This document shows positions 1 to 10,356 of a stretch of DNA of 47,792 nucleotides, one piece after another (position 1 is the stretch's first letter; the number at the start of each line of letters is the position of its first letter). This DNA is from Nemertoderma westbladi (lineage: Eukaryota; Animalia; Xenacoelomorpha). Made by a program: the position numbers and the translations under genes. Location: positions 1-47,792 of the forward strand of contig JAUCBJ010006817.1 in the NCBI GenBank assembly GCA_032718475.1, in the 5' to 3' direction. The notes beneath the pieces are model-generated. The model did no database searches. It was not told where the DNA came from and saw only the letters and a program-made list of their open reading frames with translations.

Positions 1-800
1 GCTTAAGCCAATTTTGATTTTTTTAATTAAGACACCCCTATCTTCATCTCTCCATAACTCAAAAACGGTTATAGATATGAAAATTTCGCTTACATATTTG
101 GAATCACCATACAATTTGAGTTAAGATGAAATAATAAAAAAAAAATCGAAAATTTTGAATCTGTGCAAACTCTGTGACTCTAAGCAAACAGTATGGGTCT
201 ACTAAGTATAATAATCTTGGCAACCTCATCGATTTATACTAGCCTGTGTAGAAATCCATTACATAAACCATTTTTCATCATGAACGCGAGCTGTTATTGC
301 TGTTATTTTACAATTGCGTCTATGGCACTTTTCGTTTATTTAATTTTTTGCAAAAACTAATGATTGCATATTTTTGAAAATTGCTTTATACGCCCATTCA
401 GACATACACTACAGGAGGGTACTAAAATCAACACAATTGACCGGATAGTTTAGGAGCCTTTCGTGTGATAAAGAAACAAACTGACAGACAAACAGTCACG
501 ATTTTCTTACAGTAAGTAAATGATTTACAAATAAACTTGGGTTTTTTTCGTCGATTGAGGTTAATCAGAAAATCCAGATACCATGGCAACCAATCTAAAC
601 ATAAGTTTAAAATTTAAAAAGATTATTTGAAGCTTAATGTTAAGGTATTTCGACTTTGGACCAACCCATACAGCCACTAAATAACCTTTCTTCGTCCAAT
701 TTTAAGTTCTTCAATTTTCTCAATTTCCATGACACCAACTGCAAACATAGATTTTGATACAAAAATCAGCAAATTTAAGGCTTAAATTAAGAATTCTAGT
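1..800 (+). mobile_element. Possible non-autonomous Helitron-like repeat (3' end)
   Basis: Hairpin AATTTAAG-g-CTTAAATT (772-788) followed 7 nt later by CTAG|T (796-800), plus an internal gacagacaaacag microsatellite near 483. The 5' end is outside the window. Confidence 0.3.
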
Positions 801-829
801 AATATTTAGATTCCATGTCAACTGGAGTT

Positions 830-1300
830 AAATAAAGGCAGACAGGCCACCACAACTCCCTATCAACTGACATTTGCTAGACCTTCCGAATCTTCAAGGC
901 CAGTGTCCTTTAAGATGCGTCTCAAGAAAGTCATGGGCTGTCCACCTTGCTTATTCACTCCATGAGGCTGCCAAAGAACAAGATTATGCACTGGCTGGTC
1001 CTCACGGCGAAAGCAATGTCCTGCAAAGCGGAGGCGGCTTTGTTCTAATGTCAAGCTTGGAGGAATCAATGAGTCACCTCCAATGTTATACAGTGTCTGG
1101 TTGGAGATGTGTGCATTGTACTTGACACAGTGAACCCGGCGTAGCATTCTTGTGAATGTGCCATCCAGAGATTTGGTGTCCTCCACAGTTTGAGCCCAGC
1201 ATGGACTCCCATAGAGGAGTACTGGAACTACTGCTGCTCGGACCTTAAGTTTCCGATTAATTCTATGTGACTTCCAAATCCCGGAATGCGTTTTCAACGG
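830..1300 (-). pseudogene. RTE-clade LINE ORF2 C-terminal fragment (family A)
   Basis: IWKS..INRKLKVR..VVPVLLYGSPCW..LDGTFTRMLRR..RLRFAGHCFR..LVLWQP; closely similar to 29178-29795. Confidence 0.85.
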
Positions 1301-1436
1301 ACGGTTTGGACAGCCTTTGGCCTTAAGATTCAGTCACCAGCCTTTCAGCAGCCTATGGACGCGGCGACGCGTATAAGCCCAAACAACACACCAGTCGGGA
1401 TTCAGACTGCCAACTCCTGAGTCCCGTCACAACTTA

Positions 1437-1550
1437 GGAGTACTCTCAGAATCACTAGAGGGAGCTCAACGGCTCCTCAGCTCATTAGAATAGGCTGGTC
1501 TTTTTATTAACTCCAGAAAGACCAAAATTTTTGACAGTTAACTTTGACAG
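1437..1550 (+). pseudogene. RTE LINE RT fragment (region just after the ADD motif)
   Basis: Translates to VLSESLEGAQRLLSSLE..GLFINSRKTKI; partly duplicated at 2002. Confidence 0.65.
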
Positions 1551-2001
1551 TTAACTCTGACCGGATCGGTCTGGTCTGATCGGTGGTGGTATAAAGAACG
1601 ATATAACTTTAACGTTGTTTACAGACAAGACAGTATTATACAGAACGGAGTTATCCAACCCTTTTCTCTACAGCCCAATCATGGAAAATCCATCGTCCCA
1701 TAATGCCAATATAAAACATTGCAGTAATTACCTTCCCAGTTATCCCAGTGGCCAGGTTCATGGAACAATGAGCAGGTTTCCTGTATCAAGCACCTGCCCA
1801 TTACTATTGCTCGGATACAGTACCAACAACCATGTTTATGTGCATAATTATACATTATCTATTAGGGGAAGGGAGGGATGGGGGGGGGGGGGTGTGGGTT
1901 GGACATATGGATAATAATAATAATAATAATCCTGAACTAATAATAATAATGCAATGTTACAACCAACAACGCCTATATTGTGATATACTATTATTTATAT
2001 T

Positions 2002-2330
2002 ACGGCTCCTCAGCTCATTAGAACATGCTGCTTCTAGTGTTGGTCTTTTTATTAACTCCAGAGAGACCACAATTTTGACAGTTAACTTTGAAAGTTCTCA
2101 GCAATGATCGGATGATCGGATCGGAGTCTCTGATCGGATGAGCATGTGATGATTGAGCATGTGGACCAATTCTGTTACCTGGGATCATGGATCCGGAAGT
2201 CAGGTTCCTCGAATAGGTAAGGGAAAGGCATGGGCAGTCTTGAATAGGCTTTCCAGGATTTGGAAGTAAGGTCCGATTATTTAGAGCAGCAGTAGTTCCA
2301 GTACTCCTCTATGGGAGTCCATGCTCTCCC
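2002..2330 (+). pseudogene. RTE LINE RT fragment
   Basis: RLLSSLEHAASSVGLFINSRET..HVDQFCYLGSWIRKSG..KGKAWAVLNRLSRIWK; matches the 29132-29964 copy in the opposite orientation. Confidence 0.75.
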
Positions 2331-2335
2331 TCTAT

Positions 2336-2552
2336 GGGCTCGCTCTAGTGTTTCTGAGAGTACTCCTACGTCATCAGCAAAGTCTATATCAATTAGGTAC
2401 TTGGCAGGATTTCCTGACTTATGGAGCCAGTAGGTGGAGTTACCATTGGTACCCCATCATCATTATGATGATCTAAGGACATGCATAGAATGTAGTCAAC
2501 CACAATTATGAACAGGAATGGCGCGACTGTGTGTTCTGGAGGACTCCCCATA
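2336..2552 (-). pseudogene. RTE LINE RT core fragment
   Basis: Minus strand reads GVLQ..TVAPFLFIIVVDYILCMS..KYLIDIDFADDVGVLSETLERA, with frameshifts. Confidence 0.75.
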
Positions 2553-2658
2553 ACACTTCAAATATTTACTTTTTTTTTTATTTATTTACTTATTTACTCA
2601 CTTATTTGTTTCCATTTCTTGTGGGACTCTTGTTGTTCTGTACATGTGTATTACATTT

Positions 2659-2825
2659 GGTACCTATCGGTACAGACCCTAGTAGGCCCAGTCTGACAGG
2701 CAGGTTGCCTCAATATACCTTAACCTTGATTAGAATGTATTACATTGGTACCTACCGGTACAGACCCTAATAGGCCCAGTCTGACAGGCAGGTTGCCTCA
2801 ATATACCTTAACCTAGATTAGAATG
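2659..2825. repeat. Tandem duplication of ~89 bp
   Basis: ggtaccta[t/c]cggtacagacccta..ggcccagtctgacaggcaggttgcctcaatataccttaacc occurs twice, head to tail. Confidence 0.9.
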
Positions 2826-3286
2826 ACTACTATTAGATTAGAATGTGCAGAATTTGGTGCATTCGTCTGTGCTAACTGTAGGAAGGTGTAACTGTACTAA
2901 TTTGTACTAATTAATGATCTAAATAGTTAATGTCTAATTGAAGTAGAAGCTTGAAAATCCAACAATAAAGAGTTAATTTTATTTTATTTACGCAATAATT
3001 TTTATTGTCCGTTTAAATCCTTTTTTTTGTCTTTTTTTTATTTTTTTATGTCCTCCAAAAATCTAATGTTAGGTTCCATGCTACCGGTTTCTCTACTGCT
3101 GTTCTCTCAGGCTATCAGTACCGGTATTAGTATATATAGCACTATTTTGTTGTATTGTATGTACAGATGTAGGTATAAAGCAGATTTCTGTATTTTAGTA
3201 CCGGTACCGGCACCGGTACTGCTGTAGGCCTACTGTGTAGCCTACCATTTAAATACAGTACTGGTAGGCCTAACGGCTGACCGGTT

Positions 3287-4050
3287 GTTTTGGTTAGAAA
3301 ATCCCGCCTCTGTAACCTGCTCGTTTCCCCTGCCTCTGAAACCTGCCCCTTTCCCTCAATTAGTTAAATGATCGTTTATTGTTTTGGTTGGAAAATCCCG
3401 CCTCTGTAACCTGCTCCTTTCCCTCAATTAGTTAAGTGATCGTTTATTCTTTTGGTTAGAAAATCCCGCCTCTGTAACCTGCTCCTTTCTCTCAATTGGT
3501 AATGTTATCGTTTATTGTTTTGGTTAGAAAATCCCGTTTCTGTAACCTGCTCCTTTCCCTGATTTGGTAAAGTGACTGTTTATTGTTTTGGTTAGAAAAT
3601 CCCGCCTCTGTAACCTGCTCCTTACCCTCAATTAGTTAAAGTGATCGTTTATTGTTTTGGTTAGGAAATCCCGCCTCTGTAACCTGCTCCTTTCTCTCAA
3701 TTGGTAATGTTATCGTTTATTGTTTTGGTTAGAAAATCCCGTCTCTGTAACCTGCTCCTTTCCCTGATTTGGTAAAGTGACTGTTTATTGTTTTGGTTAG
3801 AAAATCCCGCCTCTGTAACCTGCTCCTTTCTCTCAATTGGTAATGTTATCGTTTATTGTTTTGGTTAGAAAATCCCGTCTCTGTAACCTGCTCCTTTCCC
3901 TCAATTAGTTAAATGATCGTTTTTTGTTTTGGTTAGAAAATCCTGCCTCTGTAACCTGCTCCAATCCCTGATTTGGTAAAGTGACTGTTTATTGTTTGGA
4001 TTAGAAAATCCGGCCTTAACCTGCTCCTTTCCATCAATTGGTAATTGTTT
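3287..4050. repeat. Minisatellite, ~68-69-bp unit, ~11 copies
   Basis: Repeated tttggttagaaaatcccgcctctgtaacctgctcctttccc followed by one of three variant tails. Confidence 0.95.
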
Positions 4051-4189
4051 TTGGCTATAAAATGAGTGTTTTGCTACGTCATGTGGTAATCGATTATCTA
4101 CAACAACCACAAACTATTAAATTTAGAGTCTTTTACCACAGGCGCATATGGAATTCTATCTCATAGTCCATAAATTATGGAATCATGGA

Positions 4190-4305
4190 ATGTTTTGGCA
4201 CAGGCATAGTGAAATCAACTGTCCGACAGACCAGAAATCAACAAATTTTGAATGTTTTGGCATAGGCATGTTGAAATCAACTGTCTGACAGTCCAGAAAT
4301 CAGCA
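4190..4305. repeat. Tandem duplication of ~62 bp
   Basis: aatgttttggca[c/t]aggcat..tgaaatcaactgtc[c/t]gacag[a/t]ccagaaatca occurs twice. Confidence 0.85.
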
Positions 4306-5362
4306 GTCTGACAGTTTGAAGAAATACATACATAAAAAGTCATTAAAAGGACAACAAAAGTCATTATGCACAATTCGTAAAAAAAGGAGGACAAAAAAAG
4401 TCAAATAAAAGGACATAAAAAATCACTGCCTTTTATTTAACCTTTAATCAAGCATGTTAAGTAAAAACCCTACTGGTAGGTATTTCAGTGCCAAAGTATG
4501 TAAAAAACTAAAAAGCAACAAGACCTAGACGTTGCATGCAATCAGTGATCAGCTGACGGCAGCCAGCTGATCGGTAGAAAACCTCAGTTTCACCATCTAG
4601 CTTCTGTGTCACAATAATCAGTTTTGCCTCTTACGCAGCAGTTTGTATGAGGCCTAATTGTATATAGAATCATTTTGTTGTATATTTCGACAGCTACCAC
4701 AAGCATACATATCCCATGATAGTTTGTTAATTATTATATTAAGGTCATATAACAACAAGGACCCACCTTCAGAAACCTGACCTGGAAAACAGCTGGTCAA
4801 CAACCGATTCCTAATTACTAACTTCACAGAACATGGGTACCATTACAAATAATGTTGCAACCCCTCCCCATTCCACATAATAACAGATAACTGCCGCTGT
4901 AAACTATGTTCCACCTCCAGAATCTTAAGATACCACGCACCAGTCTCTCCCTCTCCCCAATCACGTCGCTACCACACCTATAACTCTGCAATTTTTAGCA
5001 TCTAATATTTTTTACAAATTTAATTTATAATATTGTCTCTCTGTTTATATTTAAATATAATATAAATATATATAAATGATTATAAATATAAATTATTTAT
5101 TTATAAATGATAAATAATTTAAATATATAAATTTAAATTTCAAAACTTCTGACTACCCTCAATCAATGCTGACTATCTCCAAAACTAAGCTAGCTGTTAA
5201 CATACCGTTAACAGATTTGGATTCCTCATTAAAAACTGCATATATCACATTGAAAATAAAAAAAATGAAAATTTTGACTTGAAAATATAATTTTTCTTTA
5301 AATACGATTTTCTCAAAACGTCATTTTCACCTTAAGGTACCTTTTCGCTTTCACCGCCACAA

Positions 5363-6240
5363 TTAATGGGTTATAATATAAGAGCTGAATGGATTCCGGG
5401 TAAAGATAACATAATAGCTGACACTTTATCACGTTCTCCAGTCGATAAACCAACACCAGGTGACTCAGATTTCGCTGAAGATGTTGCCTTACATGTTCAT
5501 TCTGTATGATGCTGCTAAAAATGATGAAAATTACGATATACTTCGTAACATCATTATTAATGGTTTATCTTAACCTAACCAATTACCCTCGAATTTAACT
5601 CCATATAAAATATACTTCCAGAATTATCAATCCAAGATGGCCTTTTTGTCTTAGGAAACCGTATAGTAGTGCCGATACAAGCTAGGGGAGAAATACTTCG
5701 CCGTCTACATGCCTCACACCAGGGAGTGCGCCGTACTATCGAACGGGCATGCCAGCTTTATTACTGGCCAGGTTTTCGAAGTGCTATTAGGAACACTATC
5801 GAAGCATGTGAACTGTGCCAAGTCCACAAGGCAAGCCAATGTCAAGAGCCCCTTATACAGGAATCACTTCCAAATCGGCCATTTGAAAGGGTTTCCTCAG
5901 ACATATTTAGCTATGGAGGAATTTATTTCATGGTTTATGTCGATCGGTACAGTGGGTGGCCAAATGTATTCTTCTTTGGCAAGACTGTCCCCACTACCAC
6001 ATCTGTTAAAACAAAGATGGCTGAATGGTTTTGCGACACGGGAGTGCCAATTAAACTCAGAATCGATGGGGGATCTCAATATACTTCACGTGAATTTAAA
6101 CAATTTTGTGAAGACTGGTCTATAAATCATGCTATCAGCAGTGCCCATTACCCCCAGTCAAACGGACACGCTGAAGCTGCAGTAAAAAGTCTATGAAAGC
6201 TCTTGCAAAGAAAAGCACCTCAGCAAATGGCAATTTCGAC
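5363..6240 (+). pseudogene. Ty3/Gypsy LTR retrotransposon pol fragment (RNase H end, H2C2 zinc-binding domain, integrase core)
   Basis: LMGYNIRAEWIPGKDNIIADTLSRSP; LHASHQG..YYWPG..CELCQ; RPFERVSSD..VDRYSGW..IDGGSQYTSREF..SSAHYPQSNGHAEAAVK. Frameshifted and truncated; no LTRs found. Confidence 0.92.
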
Positions 6241-7232
6241 AAATTGATCTTTATTGTCTCACATATATGTCATATATGTCTCACATATATGTCAAGCTAT
6301 CCATTGAGAAATATATTCAAAGCATTTTGTCCTAAATAATATAATATTTTATTGATTTATGTTCAACTGAACAGTTATGTACTGTATGGGAGGTGAAATC
6401 TTTCACATTTGGATTTAGTGCATGTATCGTTCTATCCATAAAGGAAACAGGTTCCACCCTGGGCGCAGAATGGAAGAAGTCCGTTATTTTACTGCTACCA
6501 GGCCCACGCCCATGTGCTTGCATTGGTGGAAGTGTGACACCTTTAGATGTGGGTGTGGGACTATCGATTGAGGATGGGGGTGTGAGTGTGGTGTGGGTCT
6601 CAGTGATATGTTGGGGTGTGGTGTGGGTCTCAGTGATATGTTGGTGTTGGTCATGGGTGGTGGTGGGCTGTCCGTTAACTGGATCTGCAGTGCTGCTATC
6701 AGTTAGGCTATTTGTAGAGATAACCAAATTATTATTGTTAACTTTATGTACAATATCTGATGCAATCTGATCATATGCAAAAATGTAACCAATGTGATAA
6801 TTTTACTTACAGTATTTAAACAGGGTTGCGCTTTGTATCCCTTCTTAAATAAAACGATGACTACTTACGGTTGAACAGATAGGAACATGTTGTTTCTCTG
6901 TTTCCAAATAATTTTACTTGCTTGATATTGGTCTGTCAAAAACATAATTCGTTCAACTCAAAATTATATATATATTTATATATGAGAGAAAAACAATAAA
7001 ACAGTATACATTTAGCCCCACCGTTACTACAAATAAATGACTTAATTATTTTAATATAATTAAATCAAAACACCATCACTGACAAAAATATTTCGATACA
7101 CATACGAAATTACATGAGATCAAATTATTACATACCTATGAATTCAAATAGACAAAACAATGATGTAACCATAGGATGAATTGAATTAAACACACATTAA
7201 TCTTATAGATACAATATTATAATCTAATGCAA

Positions 7233-7883
7233 CAGCTGCAGCCGGGTTACACGAACTTTGTTCCAATGAGAGTAGTTCAACTTCGAACTTTGTTCCAATA
7301 GATGCGAGCTTTGTTACAATAGATGTAAACTTTGTTCCAATAGATGCGAGCTTTGTTCCAATAGATGTAAACTTTGTTCCAATAGATGTAAACTTTGTTC
7401 CCAGTGGTAGATGTGTTATATAATAAAGTTTTGGCAGTGAGGAAGCATTGCGTACTTTTAGAAAGATATAGAACATGCCTGCGCTAATTGGCCAGTTAAA
7501 CATTCCAACAGAAATCACCCTGGGGCCATATAAAGGCCTAATCTAATAGGTTATGGACTACAACACTGAAGCACTCAAGGAAATAGTTGGTATATATTCG
7601 ATTCGTAATCGAATTGAATTGTTATAATGCCGGTATTCGTATGTTAAGTCATTAAAAACCTAGGGAGTGGGGTTCATTGGAACATAGTACGCATACTATT
7701 GGAACAAAGTACGCAACTATTGGAACAAAGTACGCAACTATTGGAACAAAGTACCCAACTATTGGAACAAAGTACGCAACTATTGGAACAAAGTTCGCAA
7801 ATATTGGAACAAAGTTTGCAACCAATTGGAACAAAGATCGCAAAAGTAGGTTTTGGAACAAAGTACTGTACACGCTGCAGCCG
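7233..7883. mobile_element. Non-autonomous TIR element/MITE with inverted 21-bp subterminal arrays
   Basis: Left array core ctttgttccaata (7256-7400) is the reverse complement of right array core tattggaacaaag (7677-7865). Imperfect ~30-bp TIR c[a/g]gctgcagc..tac..actttgttccaa. No TSD resolved. Confidence 0.7.
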
Positions 7884-8953
7884 TATTCTCAAAAGTAGGT
7901 ATTACCCAACTAAGTAGAAACTAGCTGGGTTATTACCTACTGGCAAGCAACAGGTAATATCCAACTCATTCTCCACTCCAACGTTTGTTAACTGTCCACC
8001 ATGCTTATTTTCTCCATGGGGGTGCCAAAGCACGAGAATATACATCCATTCAGAAGTCTGCTTGAAATTAGGATGTCCTAATGCCTCCTGGAATTGTAGG
8101 GATATATTTTGGTATAAGGTTATACTGGAACAACCTGTACTGATGTTGTATATATTATAATAAGTTTCACTTTCGGACTTAGGCCAACTATGCAGGGGAA
8201 TGTTTCAAAAAATATATCAATTTCAATGTACCGATCAATCCGAATGGTATTAAGGTGTTTGGTTCCGTAACAATATTAAGTTGTTTGCCAGCTGTTTACC
8301 ACCTCCCTCCCCTGCATTTTTATAACTGAGTTTGTTGTTGTTTCTGAAATAACTTTATTGTACATCAAAATTCAACCAAATCGCACCATGAAGGATACAA
8401 ATAGAAAGTAATAATTAATGACATAATTGATACAATTAATTGTTAAATATAGTTAAAAATTAAATGTTTTTTTTAAATTTAAATTTATTAAATTTACTGT
8501 ACCTTAATTTACTGTACTCATAATTAAATGTGATTACAAATTATGCATGGTTAAGTATTCCATTAACTAATTTTGCATAACAACCGATGGAAATCTTTAC
8601 ATATTTCTCTGATATTACATAATAGATTACTAATCTGATCACATTTGGAAACAAAACTAGTTTCAAGGCATTTACGCAATTAAGATGATTTTCGTAAACA
8701 TACCCTGGCTTCATAAAGCATTACATAAATACAACCAAATAAAATTGGGCATTAATAAATTATCAGTAAAGAAATAAAATTTATTGAAAAAGTGGTTTAT
8801 ACATTAAGCAGTTCAGAAACAATGGTCCTCAGTGGAGAAAGGTGAAAAATTATAGTGAAAATCTCCCATCTACATAACAATAAATAGAATGCCCTAATCT
8901 ACAATAGGTAGTGCTTTCTTTCCTCTGTAATAGTTCATACAGGAAGCGGTTAA

Positions 8954-9580
8954 TTACAGAAAGATAACGAGAATAACGGAAATAATCATTGGAGCAACTT
9001 TTCTGGAGCCACTTGGAAGAATAGTTTCTGTTGCAGTAGTCGTTGCAGTAGTCGTTGTAGTGACATCTTCTTTCCACGTTTTTGGTTGACACACCGCTTC
9101 TGTACAACATTGGTTTTGGCACACGTCACTTATTGTTGTTAAACCAACTTTTAGGCTTTCAGTAATGCGATACATAATTTCCATCATTTCATTATAGCCT
9201 TCGAATCCCTTTTCTAGGAGCTCAGTGCATTTATCTTCTGTTAATGTATCACAAGCATCCTTTTCTCTGTAACAAGTGCTGTGATGGGATGTCACAAGAA
9301 GCTCTGCATTCTTGCTGTTGTGAGCTCGTAATATGCGTGAATTGGTACCACATGCATAACATACTGCATCAGACATTTGTGGTTTGGCAAAGACATAATG
9401 CCCGGGGAGAAACTCCCAGTTGCCATCCCCTCCTAACTGGGATTGTTTTGCTTCGTATTCTTCTAATAATTCTATATCATCAGAAATAAATGTGGTATTT
9501 GTTGACTCCAGACATGAAAGAAATTGGGACCAACATACTGTTACGTATGTGGATATGTAAAGGAAATATATGATTCTCAT
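8954..9580 (-). CDS. Secreted, probably GPI-anchored Cys-rich protein; Ly6/uPAR three-finger-like
   Basis: Intact 208-aa single-exon ORF: signal peptide (MRIIYFLYISTYVTVCWS), 10 mature Cys including CYAC and CCx4CQ, NTT sequon, Thr-rich stalk, small-residue site PSGS and a hydrophobic C-terminus (APMIISVILVIFL) with no cytoplasmic tail. Confidence 0.8.
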   Translation of the reverse strand: MRIIYFLYISTYVTVCWSQFLSCLESTNTTFISDDIELLEEYEAKQSQLGGDGNWEFLPGHYVFAKPQMSDAVCYACGTNSRILRAHNSKNAELLVTSHHSTCYREKDACDTLTEDKCTELLEKGFEGYNEMMEIMYRITESLKVGLTTISDVCQNQCCTEAVCQPKTWKEDVTTTTTATTTATETILPSGSRKVAPMIISVILVIFL

Positions 9581-9622
9581 TTTCTTTCATTCACATATTG
9601 TGCTCATACTGCTTTGGTTTGG

Positions 9623-9630
9623 TTTATATA
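9623..9630 (-). promoter_or_regulatory. Candidate TATA box of the GPI-anchored protein gene
   Basis: TATATAAA on the minus strand ~45 nt upstream of the ATG at 9580; a candidate AATAAA lies downstream at 8780-8785. AT-rich context weakens specificity. Confidence 0.4.
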
Positions 9631-9827
9631 TTTATCCAATATCCACTTTCTCAAAGTTTATTAAGAAAGTTCAGTCTTACTTAGTTTTAACTGAGGATAA
9701 ACACTCCATACATCACATCCCTTATTACAAAACTCACAACAAAAAACTTTTGAATAGTTAAAGTAGTATGATAAATTTATTATATGAAATACAGTATCAC
9801 ATAGAAGTGAAAATTATGCTCACTAAT

Positions 9828-10321
9828 TGTAAATAATCGCCAGGTTGTCGACCGGAATTTCTAACTTTCTGTACCCGTTTTTTGGGATCGAGACGTAATC
9901 TGCTGTCTTTACAGCACTCTGTCCAACCTCCCTCTAGCGGGAAGGTTGGCAGGCAATCTTAGGATCGAAACGTAGCTAACTGGCCACTCAGCAGTCTCCT
10001 TGGCTACCCAATCAGGACTCTTCCTGAGACGGTATTTAAGGAGCTGCTGGCCACTTTTTCCTCACTTCCAAGTCGACAACCTTTTCCTTGTGCAAACCCC
10101 TGCTTCAAAGTTTAGTGATTTAATTGTCTCCTCTTCTATTTCCTTATTATTCAACGAACTATTATAAATAAACTCAGTTATCGCGCTCACTCAAAATCAA
10201 CTTTTTCAACCTTCACCCTTCTACCTCTACTTTGGGAGCCGTCACATAGTTGCACTCCCTTCGGCAACTGGGATTCTAAAATCGAAGACTCTCTGCATCT
10301 CTCAACGCCCAGTTCGCCACA
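9828..10321 (+). repeat. 5' LTR of the BEL/Pao element
   Basis: tgtaaataatcgcc...gttcgccaca; TATA-like tatttaa near 10033 and AATAAA near 10167; 2 differences from the 3' LTR (9949/15903, 10116/16070). Confidence 0.98.
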
Positions 10322-10334
10322 CTTCGAACCGGAT
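10322..10334 (+). promoter_or_regulatory. Primer-binding site (tRNA-Tyr type), lacking the leading TGGTC
   Basis: CTTCGAACCGGAT directly after the LTR; the usual BEL/Pao form is TGGTCCTTCGA(A/G)CCGGAT. Confidence 0.75.
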
Positions 10335-10356
10335 ACCTCTCTCAACCACACTAACT

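Noticed and set aside
3287-4050. CRISPR-like repeat/spacer appearance
   Set aside because: The variable parts are three recurring related variants, not unique spacers; there are no cas genes and the context is eukaryotic. The same applies to the arrays at 7256-7865, 22831-23135 and 35975-36800.
6332-6770. Overlapping 131-aa and 125-aa ORFs
   Set aside because: Non-ATG starts, low-complexity Thr/His or Val/Trp content driven by a 27-bp duplication, and no recognisable domain.
7186-7917. Repetitive ORFs (IGTKYAT, LLEQSTQ etc.)
   Set aside because: By-products of stop-free 21-bp tandem repeats, open in several frames.
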